Notes under the pieces: generated by a model
What the model saw: the letters and a program-made list of their open reading frames with translations, nothing else
What the model was told of the DNA's origin: nothing
The model's database searches: none
Shown here: one piece after another, positions 30,488-47,541 of the stretch
Layout: each line of letters starts with the position of its first letter
Position numbering within the stretch: position 1 is the stretch's first letter
Source: the human T2T-CHM13v2.0 reference genome, Homo sapiens
Length of the DNA: 64,000 bases
Assembly: GCF_009914755.1 (NCBI RefSeq)
Contig: NC_060935.1
Direction: 5' to 3' (one strand)
Program-made: the position numbers and the translations under genes

Positions 30488-30611
30488 GTAATTTTTTAAA
30501 AGCATCTTTTATTCGTTAATCATCAGTTAACTTGAACCCGAATCCAAACGCTGCGAAAGACCTGACCATTGTTCTCCAGAATCTGCGAACGATTTGGTGA
30601 GAGCTCTAGGG

Positions 30612-30844
30612 CAGTGGTTGTTCTCAACTGAGATGATTTGCAACCCAGCAGACGTCTGGCAATGTCTAGAGATATTTTTTGTCACGACTTACAGTAAGAC
30701 AGGATCACTAGATGCACAGTCCTGGTATCTAGTGAGTAGAGGCCAGGGATGCTGTTAAACATTCTATAATGCACAGGACAGACCCCCCAGAACAAAGAAT
30801 TATCCAGCCTAAAATGTCAATAGTGCCGAGACTGAGAAACTGTG
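30612..30844 (+). mobile_element. MER20 (hAT-Charlie), near full length
   Basis: CAGTGGTT..CTCAAC start, GGCAATGTCTAGAGA, TAGAGGCCAGGGATGCTG, AAAATGTCAATAGTGCCGAG..GAGAAAC end; degenerate 8-bp TSD CTCTAGGG/CCCCAGGG. Confidence 0.88.
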
Positions 30845-30875
30845 CCCCAGGGTACTGTTAGAAGAAGGGATGGAG

Positions 30876-31175
<300 letters not shown>

Positions 31176-33298
31176 AAGAAGGGATGGAGACATAGTTTTT
31201 AGCTGGAGTCAAAAGAAAAAATCCTCATGGGGAAGGGGAGCTTGGGCTAGATTCCTTCATCCCACCCAGTGGAGCTGGAGGATGTCTCTCCCCAAGCTCA
31301 GCAAATGTCAGGAAAAAAATACAAGAAGAGGCAATCATGTGGAAATGCAGTCCACAAAGGGAATTGTGGATAAACTCATTTAACCAGAAAGGAGGAAGAA
31401 TCCATGTAGAGCAATAAGAAAGAAAGCCAGATAGCACAGCACATGCAAATTTAGGGCAAAGAGTTTCTGTTTTGATGTTATGCTCCAATATCACTAAATA
31501 TTGCTGGTATTTTTTAAAGCCACACAAATCAAGGGCAGCATAAACTTTTATGTTCCCAGAGTTCATCTTTGGAATACTGGCTTATAGTGTATATGTGGAT
31601 ATGCACATATTTTGCTTCCTCTCCTCCACATCGTTTTTTACCACTTACATAATAGGGATTCCTTGGAACTCAGTTTTATATCACATTAAATTTAAAAATG
31701 GGTGCCTACTCAAAAAGACAACCTATCAAGGCACAGAAAATTCTGAACCACTGCTGTAATGAATACATCATTGGAATCTCCATTAAGAAATATTATTCTG
31801 ACCTAGTTCTCTGTGTCATGCTGCAGATTGTCCTTCTCTTGACTCATGGAATGCTTTGTGAGAAAGAACTACAAAGCCGGGTCCCTCGATATTAGCCATC
31901 TCACCCTTCAAAGTTCAGCCAGGAGTGGGACAAAACCCTCGTCACCATGTTGACATGTTTACTTCTGGCGCAGGAAAATACTGCTGTTGCCCAATTTGGT
32001 TTCCCAGTCCATTCACTTGCCTGGAGACATATATTTTATGCTTTCCTTTGATGATTTACAAATAAATTAACGTGATTCACTAAGGTCTGCCAGCATATAT
32101 GCGTTACTGGAGAAATCTGAGATGTTGAAAAAGTATTTTAATTTATTGTATCCCAATACTTTCTTAAGAAAGTTTCTTAAGAACCAAATAAATATCATCA
32201 GCTAGTTTATATACCTGACATATTTATTACGGTATTCCCGCTGAGCACTTCCCATTGTCATGTGTTCTCACACATTGTTTTCACAAATTGTGTTTTGAAA
32301 GAAGTCAAGGGAAATTCAGGCCAGAGAAGCAAGATGTTATCTTTTGGAAAGGATGAGCCCACTCTAATGGAAGAGGATAATCCATTCAGAGGTTTGTGAG
32401 GCCAATATCCCCCAGTGGGTGTGATAAATCCACAGCGTCTGAATCCAGAATTTTGCACTGGGACCTTGAAGTTGCATGAACAATTTAGTCATGTTCCAAA
32501 TAAACACAGTGTATCATTATTATTATTGGATAAACATGAACATCTGTTAGGTCAAGTTTGCCCTATTTCCTTAAAGGCAACTGGAGTCCCTGAACACAGT
32601 TCTCATATGTCTATCACAAATGGATCTGAGATGGGTGTATAATGCCAAAGCGGCTCCTTGACCATCTCTGTGTTTGGAAACCAGATTTTAAAAAGAAAAA
32701 AAAAAGTCACCTGCTCATCTGAGGTGGGTCACATGCCTAGAGAGCACCATAGAGACTGCAGTTCCCTTCTGAATCCCATCAACAGAGCTACTGTCAAAAG
32801 ATGAAAATATTTGAATCAGCTGGCCTTCTTCATTTTTAAAGCAATGTTGTACATATTTTAAGCAATTATTTGGGGCGAGAGGACTCTAATTGACACCATT
32901 CTCTTGTCCTAACTCAGCCTGGCACCTTTCCAGCTGTCACTCAGTGGGCACAGGATATGGAGGATGATTTCTCACCAGGCTGAATCAGCAGGTTGCAGCA
33001 GGTTACAACTGCAAGGGACTTTACAAAGCTTCTAATCCTACCCCTCATTTTTCAGATAAGACATTATTGATACGATCTGCCCAAGATCATGCACTTAGTT
33101 AGTGGCAGAGCTTTACCCAAGGCCAGGAAATAAAATCTGTCTTTCTGGAACAGCATTCATTGGTTTGCACTTACCGAGTACCTTTTACAGGCCCAGTAAG
33201 TAAAACAGGATGCACAAACCTGGCTCTCAACTTGCTTACAGTCTGGCTGTGCTTCAGGACTTGGTCATCATTGAAGCAGGATGTGCAAGTACTTGTAA

Positions 33299-33701
<403 letters not shown>

Positions 33702-36505
33702 TTACAGAGAGGCCCCTGGTGAGTATGTAAATAATTAGCTCATCACTATATTGTGAAAATTAGGAAAGCATCCTCATACTTCACAGAGGAGGACCTGACA
33801 TATAAAGATACCTAAAGTACTGACAGCATCTTTTTGTCTGAATTAAGTCAATGATGCCTCATACAGGTTTAGCAACAAGGATACCCGAAGGGGGAGCTCT
33901 TCTGGTTTGGAACTGAATTGAAGGGACTGGTTGACCAAACCGCAAAGCACATGTCTTTTAGACCTGCATTTAGTAGCACAGTCAAAGGAAGATAACCAGA
34001 GGGCCACACAGAAATTGTTAATCTTCTTTACCCTGTATTATTTGCCTATTTGATGCTGATGAAATCCTTAGAGCATTGGGGTGGGGGTGAGTGCGAGGGG
34101 GAGTGAGTATTATGTAATGTGCAAACATGCAGACATTTACCAAAGATCAAGTTCCAAGATGTAAAAATCAAACAAAAATCTCTCCTAACAACAACAAAAA
34201 AATCTCCTAATTTGACTCCCAAAAGACCTGAAAAGCATTTCAAATGTGTCCAGTAAGGCATTAAAAATAATTATCCCAAAGAGGAATCACTCCCTTGGTT
34301 GTTTCGATGTCTTTTTGTCTACAAACAAATTTTCTAAACCACTGCCTTGGCTTCCTTTAAAAGGTCTCTAGAACAAAAGTACTTTGGGTGACCCCAGGAT
34401 TACTGAGCAACAGTAACCAAGGATGTAGATGAGGCTGAAAAAGATAAAAACAGATGATGCCCTTTTTGATGTCAACTCTGAAATATTATATAATTAAAAC
34501 AGAATAAAATGCAAAAGTTTAGAAACAAAGAAATAATCCTATCAAGAAAATTAGCATGCTCATTTAAGAGAACGTTAAGATTTTTTTTAAAGCATCCTAT
34601 AAAATCACTCTTATGCTGCCCAGATGGCTCTGGGGGGGTGACTTTTTTATGTAATTAAAATTCGCTGTCCTCCCCTTTTCCTCCTCCTTCCCTCCTCCTC
34701 CTTCTCTTTTTTCTTCCGTAATAATAGTTATTATTATTAGCCATCAAGAATCGAGTGCCTAGGCTCTCTCGTACATTCCCTCCACTTCTCACAGCAACCA
34801 TTTCAGTTAGAGTTTGTTTGCCATTTCCTAGATGAGAAAACAGAGGCTGGGAGGTTTGGGTTTCCCATGGTTAGCCATGTAGAATGCGGGGTAGCCAGAG
34901 TAGCAGTCTTCCGTTTGGAGGACCGAGCATCAGAATTCCAGAAGGAAGTGAGGTGGAGATAAGGAAACGGGGAACCCCTTTGGCACCAGCACTTGGGATG
35001 GCTTATGCTCAGAGTCAAACCTACTGTGCGGTCCAATTATGCCAATGTCCACAGCCCTAAGTACAATTAAATTGCATTGCCACAGAATCTGTTTTCACCG
35101 TACAATGTTAACTAAAGTCAGATCCACCTACTTATTGTTTGTATCAAATTCTAGCTTACCTCCTTCATACGGTAGCTGTGCTGTGTCCCTGAAATTAATT
35201 TTTTTTTTTTGTTAAATACAGTGAACAGCAGTGCCAGTGCACTGTGGGGGAGTTACAAAAAGAATTTGCTATTTCCAGGAATCCCAAGGTGAAGTTTTTT
35301 TTCTTCAGTATCATTCTTCCCTCTCCCCCTCTCCAAACTTGAATTTTCATCTGCCAGGGTTTAGTAGAGCAGGGGTGGAATGCATGAGCACACCAATATT
35401 GTATCTCAATAAAGCAAGAGCCAGCTCTACTGAACCATTCACTTGGATTTTTAACATGGTAGCTCTCAGAAGATCTCAGAGCTAAGCTGTTTCTGATGGT
35501 CACAGGGAGAAGAAAATGCAGAGGTTTCCGCATTAATAAAACCCAGAGGCTCATAAGTAGCACTGAATTAAGGGAGCCAGACTGTGTGTTGCTGAAGTCT
35601 TCATCCTTTCTCTCTGTGCTCTTAACATGAATCCTGTCTCTGCCCTTCCCTTTCACAGTGATATCTCATTTACTGAGCTGGGCCTTCTCACTCTCACCTC
35701 TCCCTTCTACACCTTCCATCTCACAAGGAATCCTGAAGGATTAAGCTAACAGAATATTGCTAAGAAAAAAGGAAAATGGCTTCACAGGGGAAAATTGGCA
35801 CCTTCCACATTCGTTAAAAGACAGAACTCCATCAAGGTTGATTTTCTGGGCTTCTCGTATAGTTAGACAGAGGGGTTAGATACCCCAGGCAGGGAGTCAG
35901 ATGCTCAAAGCTGAAACAGTTCTGCCTGTTTGAGAACCTCAGGAAGAGAGCCAGAGATACTCAGTCAGGTATTTGGGATCACATCTCTTCTATGAAATGT
36001 GCCTTGGTTCCAGTTACTCCTTTATCTCTGGCAACAAGCACCAGGGTCATGAACTAAGGACTGTGGGTGGAACTTGAAGCCAGGGCCAGAAGATGCCCCA
36101 CCCTGCCTGTCAGGGTTTAACCCAAAAAAGCAACAGCAGTGTTCCTTACCCAGGACACCCTTCGAGGGTTAGAGGCAGGCAGCTTGTCACTTGGTCCAGC
36201 TTTCTTCTGCACCCTTTCAGGATACATAAATGAAACTTTGGGGCTTCCTTTGGGCCATTTGGCCTGTTTGTGCAGCAGGCAGCCATTGGCTAGCAGCGGC
36301 AGGAAGTTACTAATGATAAAGAGTAACGACCCTTTATAGATGCTTTTTAAGTGACTGGCACCGTGTTACATGTTTTCTTAGATTATCTCATTTGATCCTC
36401 ACAAAAATCCTGGGTGAAAAGTCACTTTTAAATCTTCATTGAATATATGAGACGTGGAGAGCTTGTCATTTGTCCAAAGTCCCACAGCTAAAATATGGCA
36501 GAGCT

Positions 36506-36795
36506 GGCCGGCCGCGTTGGCTCACGCCTGTAATTCCAGCACTTTGGGAGGCTGAGGTGGGCGGATCACGAGGTCAGGAGATCGAAACCATCCTGGCCAA
36601 CATGGTGAAACCCTGTCTCTGCTAAAAATACAAAAATTAGCTGGGTGTGGTGGCGCATGCCTGTGGTCCCAGCTACTTGGGAGGCTGAGGCACGAGAATC
36701 GCTTGAACCCAGGAGGCAGAGGTTGCAGTGAGCCAAGATCACGCCACTGCGTGATCACGCCACTCCAGCCTGGTGACAGAGGGAGACTGTGTCTC

Positions 36796-36830
<35 letters not shown>
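36506..36830 (+). mobile_element. Alu
   Basis: Full dimer flanked by ATGGCAGAGCT repeats. Confidence 0.96.
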
Positions 36831-36831
<1 letters not shown>

Positions 36832-36914
36832 TGGCAGAGCTCAGGTTGAAGTGATTCTAAAGCCTTTGATGCTAACTGCTCTAGCGTCTTAGAGGACTGA
36901 GTAAAACCATTCCC

Positions 36915-37620
36915 TGTCATCCAGGTACCATTGTTAGTCAAGCTCCTGTGGAAACACATTCAAATGGGGCAATCGAGGAACACTTAATGAACAGTCTGTT
37001 TTTTTGTTTGTTTGGTTGGTTGGTTGTTTTTTGAGAGAGAGTCTCACTATGTTGCCCAGGCTGGAGTGTAGTGGTACAACCTCCGCCTCCCAGGTTCAAG
37101 TGATTCTCCTGCCTCAGCCTCTCAAGTGGCTGTGACTACAGGTATACACCACCATGCCCAGCTAATTTTTATATTTTCAGTAGAGACAAGGTTTCACCAT
37201 GGAGGCCAGGCTGTAATGAAGGGTCTATTTTAAAAGGTGTGGGCAGGGTTAAGGGAAATGAGTGAGGGGTAGTGAAGTCCCCTGGCTCTAGACACTGCAG
37301 GGAGTCTGTTACCATCCCTGTGGCTGAGAGAGGAGGGAAGAGGAGTGAGTGGTTCTAGAACCCAGACAGAGAGGAACTGGAGAGAGTGGAGAAGCCTACG
37401 GTACAGAAAGGCTGAACTTCTGAAAGGAACATTGTTAACTTGAGCTGACTTAGCAGGGAAGGAGCCAAGGAACACAGAGCCTGACCTCATTCTTCTTTCT
37501 CCCTCCAGGCTCTGTCACTATTTCCCATTGGCCAAACGCTACTGGAAGTGGAAGGCTAAGAAGCCCGATGGTGCAATCCATACACGTCAGCCTCTGGGGC
37601 CAGAGTGGGATGAAAAAAGG
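36915..37620. mobile_element. Old MaLR (MLT1-like) LTR interrupted by a partial Alu (about 37030-37212)
   Basis: MLT1-like motifs such as CCCATTGGCCAAAC and GGTGTGGGCAGGGTTAAGGGAA; family uncertain. Confidence 0.45.
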
Positions 37621-37923
37621 TGGGGAGGCCCTTGAGGGAGCTTTGTATATTTGAAAATAACTTTATTCTAGCCTTTTCTTGACTGATATTTAGCTGTTTA
37701 TATGATTATACATTGAACATAATTTTTTCTCAGACTTTGGAGACATTGTTCTTTGCTGTTAACTTCTAGCATTGCTTTTGAGAAATCCAAATCCATTATG
37801 AGTCTTGAACCAATATGTACAACTAGGGTTTTCTCTCTAGAAGTTGATAGGATATTCTCTTCATGGGTTCACTAAACTGCCCAATTCAGTTCCCAATAAT
37901 CCTTGTTTAAAAAAAAAGAATCG

Positions 37924-38205
37924 GGCTGGGCGCGGTGGCTCATGCCTGTAATCCCAGCACTTTGGGAGGCCGAGGAGGGTGGATCATAAGGTCAGGAGAT
38001 CGAGACACGGTGAAACCCCGTCTCTACTGAAAATACAAAAAAAAATCAGCCGGGTGTGGTGGCAGGTGCGTAGTCCCAGCTAATCCAGAGGCTGAGGCAG
38101 GAGAATGGTGTGAACCCAGGAGTGGAGGTTGCAGTGAGCCGAGATCGTGCCACTGCACTCCAACCTGGGGGACAGAGCAAGATTCCATCTCAAAACAAAA
38201 AAAAG
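37924..38205 (+). mobile_element. Alu with a small internal deletion
   Basis: Alu dimer. Confidence 0.95.
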
Positions 38206-39800
38206 AATAAATCTATTTAGTAAATGATCCCAACAAATTTTAGAATGGTAATTTACAAGGACAGAAAAACGTATCACTTATTGATATTTGAAAAAATCAC
38301 TTTTCTCTTTAAGCAGCATTTAGAACACAACCTAATATAGGTCTTGAATTGTAAATTCTGTTGTAAAAGGCATTCTTTGGGCAAATAATGTTAACAATGG
38401 GGAGAAAACAATTCATGATTGTGGGAGCATCCAGAATTATTTTCTCCTCAGCATCTAAAATGTCTTAGTTATCCTGTCATCACATGAAATTGCTACTGGG
38501 GTTCCTGAACACAGGCCCAGGTCAACACTAAACAACACGTGTCTCTAGAGCAACAGACCCTTCAAAAAGCAGACCTACCAGACATTTCTCTTAGAAAAAT
38601 AATGTATTTTTTTTGTACTGAGCTTACTATTTTATGTAAATATATTTTATCTGGAAAGAGAATGTGCCCTGTTATAGGAACCCACCATTCAGTATGTCAT
38701 GGCCCTGACACAGAACAATTGGTGACAGAAACTCTTTTGTGAGTTTTAGGCTCATGATGGAGCCCGAGTTATATGGCAGGAGATGATTTCCACGGTCTGT
38801 GAACACTGAAGATGAGACTGGCTTGGGGCCACGTGCCAAACTGCACAGCCAGTAAGACCTGCTTCCATCGACCCACAGCAGCTCTGACTTTTTTTTTTTA
38901 ACAATAGAGAAGAAACTACCACAGGGAAGAGAGAGAACAATGGCATTTTGACAAATGGAACAAAGATAGAGTGTGACTGACAATTCAGGTCAGAAGGAAA
39001 ATTAAAGCACAGGAAGACTGATGTTGGTCGGCCTCCTTGCCAAGAAGCAAAAACTCAGGGGGAGGCATCCAGCCACATGCGAACTGGCTCAACACTGGCC
39101 ATTTTGTTTGAGCAATTTTGTTGGATGTTTTCTACAAAAGAGCACTTTTTCTCGGACTTCAAACATTCTTATATGCAGGATCGACACCACACACTGCCAT
39201 CATCCCCTGGAGTAGTATCCTTGAGACCTGAGGAGGGGAAAACTGGAGGGACGTTGTGGGACTCCATTGAGAAATGTGGTCCTTTGTCTCCCTGGAGATC
39301 TTTGAGGACGGTTCAGATAAAGTTGCTGCCAGTGGAAGCAGCTAGGCTCAGAAACCTCCAGTTGCCCTTTCTAGACTTGTAATCCTCTGAAAAATGGAAA
39401 TTAGGAAGCGTTCATTTATGACCTTGAAAAAAATCGTTTACAAAAGTATATTATATCACTAAAATGAGCTGGAAAAAGGGTTTATGTGAAAGTTCATGTG
39501 AGAAACACAGCTATTAGCACGCATGCCATTCCCCACCTTGACCTCAGCAGGAATGTGTAAATTGTAACATATGGAATGTAAGCCCTGTCGAGATGTTTCA
39601 TAAATCTGCCTGGCAATGAGCATCACAAGGCCCTGCATGAGAACAGGCCCCAGAAATGGAGAGACAGTGAGTATTGTGCCTGACAACTTCTAATTTTAAT
39701 AAGTCCAGACTGACGATTGAAAATTTCCACATAATGTTCTTTAATAATATTGATTATTTCCTGACAAAGGGGCACTTTTTCATGGAACTCAACCCAGGTA

Positions 39801-39834
39801 ATCCATCCATCCATCCATCCATCCATCCATCCAT
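39801..39834. repeat. (CCAT)n tetranucleotide repeat
   Basis: About 8 units. Confidence 0.95.
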
Positions 39835-39941
39835 TCAAGATATATCTACTGAAGGCCTACAATATTGCAGGTGGCATGCTGGGCACTGCAGATACAATGG
39901 AGGACAGGAGGGATATTGTGTTGCCCCTGTAGGGTTTACTA

Positions 39942-40169
<228 letters not shown>

Positions 40170-41069
40170 CTAAACTCTGTCTTCCAAAAAATAATGATAA
40201 TAATTTTATAATTGCAATTTTGATCAATGCTGTAAAGGAAAATAGTAGCTTCTACTGATAGTAGCACTCTGCCAAAGTTTCTACATGCATGATCTCATTT
40301 AATTCTCATAACAATTCTCTGCAGTAGGTACTACCAATAGCTCCATTTTAGACATGAATAGAGACATGGAGGTTTACATGTATCACCCAAGGTCACGCAG
40401 CTCTGGAGTGGTGGAGTTAGAATACAAAGTCAGTCTGAGTCCCCATCCCAAGTTCCTGATACCATACCATTTTTTTTTTTATATAACCTGGGTGAGGAAG
40501 TGGGTGCTGATTTAGATTTGAAGATTAAAGAAAATATCTTTCAGGATGAGATTTTAGGCCAAGCCTCAAGGATAAGTAGGTATTAACCAGGCAAAATAAA
40601 GTAGCAGGAGTATTCCAGAATTGGGGAATTGCATGTCAAAGGCCCTGAGGCAGGAAGGTGGGTGGCCGTGGGTGTTCATGGGGAGGCCAGAGTGACAGGA
40701 TTGGGTGGCGTGTGGGGCAAGGCTGGAGAGGCAGAAAAGAGTCAGAGTAGGTGGGGCCTTGTAAATCATGTTAAGATATCTTGAACTAAATCCTGACCAG
40801 AGTGGGAGCTCCTGGAAGACCTGACTTTATCTGGGGCTGAGTGGTGTGGCTCCAGGCAGAACTGCTGCTGCAGCCAAGAAAGGAGATGTGTTCTCCCTAT
40901 GGGAGACTGAGCCTGTTCCTGGGCTCATTTCTCACCCCTTCGTCCCAGCATCTTCCATATAAGTGAATGGATTCTATATACTTCTCCTTTAACAGACTTC
41001 TGCCCCCTGGGCCAGTTAAAAGACAATGATGTCAAGAAAAGACTGGCAAAAAATGCAGAAGTTCATTCA

Positions 41070-41399
<330 letters not shown>

Positions 41400-41711
41400 T
41401 TAATCTCAGTTACCACTATTAACTTTGGCACTGCCCAAACTATGGGATCCCCATTAAAATTTAGAAAAAGATCCCCTCCAAATTTCCATGTTAAAAGTGG
41501 CGGTTTTTTCTTACGTTCCTAAGACAGATACCCTATCACTCTGTGTATTTGTTATCAGTTCTTTCATTTATTCATTCATCAAAGATTTGCACATCTATTA
41601 TGGCAGACATGAAACATACCAAAGTAAATAAGACTGGGGTCCGTGTGCTCTCAGGGCTAGACAGAGCCTGGTTCCAGGGGAGCACTCTCATCACATGATG
41701 CCATTAGCCCC

Positions 41712-42222
41712 TGGGGTAGGCAGAATAATGCCCCCTGCCAAGAGATCCATGCCATAATCCCAGGAACCCGCGAATATGTTACTTTACATGGTGAAAGGGA
41801 CTTTGCAGATATGAATATGGCATGGGCTTTGAGATGGGGAGATTATCCTGGGTTACCTGAGTGAGCCCAATGCACTCACAAAAGTTCTTTTATTTATTTT
41901 TTGTTTTTTGAGACGGGTCTCACTCTGTCATCCAGGCTGCAGTGCAGTGGCAGCGATCACAGTTCACTGTAGCCATGACCTCCTCAGGCTCAGGTGATCC
42001 TCCTACCTCAGCCTCCTGAATAGCTGAAACTACAGGCGCACTACTACAGATTCTCCTGGAAAGCCTTGAGAAGGAGATGCAAAGCTGCCAACACCTCGAT
42101 TTTAGCCTAATGAGACCCATTTGGGACTCTGGATCTCCACAACTGTAAAATAATAAATTTGTGTTCTTTTAAGCCATGAAATGTATGGTAATTGGTTGCA
42201 CCAGCAATAGAAAACAAGTATC
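41712..42222 (+). mobile_element. MLT1D-like MaLR LTR with a central Alu monomer
   Basis: GGTAGGCAGAATAATG...GAATATGTTAC...GGGACTTTGCAGAT start and ATAATAAATTTGTGTT..TTTAAGCCA...CAGCAATAGAAAAC end. Confidence 0.8.
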
Positions 42223-42696
42223 CACCCCACTCGAGCCAGGAGGCTGGCCCAAGACAGACCTCCCTCTTAATCCCTCACAGTTTCCCACTGGGCCCAGATG
42301 TAGTCTCACAATTGTTCACAGCCCAGCAGTCCAGACACCTACTTCCAATCGATTGGTGACAAAATGACTCACCTGCTCTCCTGCGGGGCCTGTACAACAA
42401 TTTATACTTGATTGTGACCCCTCCAGCATTGCCAAATACACACACATTAATGCCTGGAACATTTTTTTTAATAACTCTTACAGATCTGAGTTCCTAAAGT
42501 AGCTGCTTACACTGCTGTGTGTCCTTGGGCAAATTACATACATCTCTGTGCTTCCACGTGTTCATCTCTAAAATCAGAATAATAATATTGATCATCTAGC
42601 ATTATTGTAAGGATTAAATGAATTAGACATGAGAGCATTAAAAATGGCACCTGGTACACAGTAAGCACTCAGAAATTTTAACAATGGTGATGATGA

Positions 42697-43070
<374 letters not shown>

Positions 43071-43556
43071 TGATCATTTGGTCTACAATGTGGAAAATGC
43101 ACTAGAGGGGCAAGTTGACAGGAGCCAACTAGGGGAAGACTGAATTAGGGTGATGATGACTGAAATGGAAAGAGGTGGATAGACTTGAGAAATACCGCAT
43201 AAGTAAAAATCAACAAGGCCTGCTGATGAATTGCATCTAGGGGTTGAGGATGTACCTAGGGTGACATAGTCAGAAGCCTTTTAATGATATTTTATAATGA
43301 TGTGTTAATACAGTATAAAAGAAATCCTTAGTTTGCTTCTCTGCTTCCCTCCCCTCTCCTATCATCTTTTCCTATTGTGATACCTCTTTTCTTTCTTTCC
43401 AGAATAAAGAAACATCAGAAATATTAAAATGAGGACCAAAAGGAGTCCCAGGTATAGGAGCATGAAACATCTGGCAACATGTAGCAAAAACAGGAGACTT
43501 TTTTCTTCTAACGGAATTTTGGCCTCTTGGTGCCAGTATGTGAAAAAGGCCTTGTA

Positions 43557-44239
<683 letters not shown>

Positions 44240-44248
44240 AAATTTTCA

Positions 44249-44313
44249 AATAAATAAATAAATGTGTAGCAAAAGCAAATGGGCTGGTTTGTTTTGGTTT
44301 GTGTGGTTTTTTT
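44249..44313 (+). terminator. Polyadenylation signal: three overlapping AATAAA plus a GU/U-rich downstream element
   Basis: AATAAATAAATAAA at 44249-44262; GGTTTGTTTTGGTTTGTGTGGTTTTTTT at 44286-44313. Confidence 0.65.
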
Positions 44314-45389
44314 AATGCCTGTAATGAGATTGGGCTGGGGGTGCAGGAAGCAGACCGAGCGATAGAGGACCCAGGCTCATTATGGCTCTGCAGGAAATAG
44401 CATGGGTCCAGGGACTAATGTGGAAAAGGAAAGCATCTGGAGATGGAGTCAAGAGAGATGGTTTCTAACCACCAATAAGCATTTGACAAGGAAAGCCCCA
44501 TAACCTCCCTACTCAGCCTACCCTGTAAGGATTCTGTGAGAGGCACCTGTATTCACGGACTCTGTAAAGCTCTAGGGAATCCTCAGGAGAAGCCTATCTT
44601 ACTGGCATGTGAGAATCCTCCAAGATCTCACCAGCCCCACCAGCTTGAGAGTGGCCTAGAAGGACCTTCTGCCTCTGTCCTCCCAAAGTGACTCCTATTA
44701 AAGGCAAAATGTGTCCGAGTCAGCCCATCTTAAATGGCTGACTAGTGAAATTTATTTCTGCATGCAACAGAATACCTTTTTTTTTCCTCCCTTCTGCCTG
44801 GGTCTATGACTTGGTTGTGCTCAGCAGAAGGAAGGTAGGAAAGGCACATTTTGAAAGTGTAGCGAGCATTTGAGCAGACTGAATTCAATTTTGGATACAA
44901 ATGTCAAGGAAAGATTCTCTTGGCTCTGAGCTCCTTGCTCACTGAGGCGCAGTGTGATGCTCCATTGAAAGACCTGCTGATCTGGCCAGTGCTGGGCTGA
45001 TGATAATAAAGGGGGAGCGAGGGGCAGACCACTGAGCAGGAGGAGGAATGACCTTCCAGAGGATGTGTTGGAAAGACTCTGCCAGGCTCTCCTGCACACA
45101 CTGGACAGAGGGCAAGAACCTGGAGATCTGCTTCAGTCCCAGCTGTGCCATGAATATGCTGTGCATATAGCCCCTTCCCTCAGCTTAGGCTTGATTTTCC
45201 TGGCCCATAAAATGAAAGAACTGGAACAGATAATCTCTAAGGCTTTTTCTTTCCAATATTTTATGATTCTGGCATTTAAAGCATCTGCAGGTGCCGGAGA
45301 GGAATGCCAGCAAAGAGTGTATGAGAAAAATTGGCATAACTATTGGGAGGGTAATTTGATATTAGCTTTCAAATTTTTTATTATTTCGT

Positions 45390-45985
45390 TTAATTTTTTT
45401 GGGGGGGACAGCATCTTGCCCTGCCACCCAGGCTAGTGTGCAGTGGCATGATCATGGTTCACTGCAGCCTCTATCTCTGAGGCTCAAGTGATCCTCCCAC
45501 CTCAGCCTCCCAAGTAGCTGGCACTACAAGCATATGCCACCAGGCCTGGCTAGTTTTTTTTTTTTTTTTTTTTTTGAGACAGAGTCTCACTCTGTCACCC
45601 AGGCTGGAGTGCAGTGGCTGATCTCGGCTCACTGCAAGCTCTGCTTCCCAGGTTCACACCATTCTCCTGCCTCAGCCTACCGAGTACCTGGGACTACAGG
45701 CACCTGCCACTGTGCCCGGCTAAATTTTTGTATTTTTAGTATTGATGGGGTTTCACCGTGGTCTCGATCTCCTGACCTCATGATCCGCCTGCCTTGGCCT
45801 CCCAAAGTGCTGGGATTACAGGCATGAGCCACCGTGCCCAGCCCTAATTTTTTTTTAATCTTTTGTAGAGACAGGGAACTTGCCGTGTTTTCCAGGCTGG
45901 TTTCAAACTCCTGGCCCAGAGCAATCCTCCTGCCTCAGCCTCCCAAAGTGCTGGCATTACAGGCATGAGCCACCATGCCCAGCCA
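45390..45985 (-). mobile_element. Nested Alus: a younger Alu (about 45554-45843) inserted in the mid-linker of an AluJ
   Basis: Old right arm, then a complete dimer, then the old left arm. Confidence 0.88.
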
Positions 45986-46488
45986 GATTTCAAATTTTGT
46001 AATGGGCATACCCTTTGGCCCATAAATGTCTATTCTTGGGAAATAACTATGGAAATCCTAGCACAAGTATGCAGACATGGATGTTTATAACTGCAAAATA
46101 CCAAAAACAACTCATATGCCTATTAGTAGGGAAGTAGTTAAGTAAATCTAAGAATGCAGATCCCTATATATATATATTGAAAAGGAAAAAGATCCAAAAT
46201 ATAACTAAGTGAAAAAAATTAGCCTTTTGAGTAAAATAAATAGTATGATCACATTTTTTCTGAAGCAAAAATCCAAATATGTGTAATATATATATTTGTC
46301 TAATTACGTCTTTATTTTCATGTGTAGATACATAAAGAAAAAGCAAGAAGATTCTGCATCAAATTTGTAATAGTTATTTCCTCTAAAGCCTCATAGTGTA
46401 ATATGATAGTCACTAGCCACATGTGGCTACTGAGTACTCAAAATGTGTGACTGGTGTGAATGAGGAGCTGAATTTTTAATTTATTTAA

Positions 46489-47366
<878 letters not shown>

Positions 47367-47380
<14 letters not shown>

Positions 47381-47405
47381 AGAAAAGAAAAAGAAAGAAA
47401 AGAAA

Positions 47406-47462
<57 letters not shown>

Positions 47463-47468
47463 AGAAAG

Positions 47469-47515
<47 letters not shown>

Positions 47516-47541
47516 AAAGAAAAGAAAGAAAAGAAAAACAA
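47367..47541. repeat. (GAAA)n microsatellite grown from an Alu tail
   Basis: Direct observation. Confidence 0.98.

Noticed and set aside
36735-36765. Small internal duplications in Alus (also 52981-53040) and at 58201-58240
   Set aside because: Ordinary slippage scars with no sign of function
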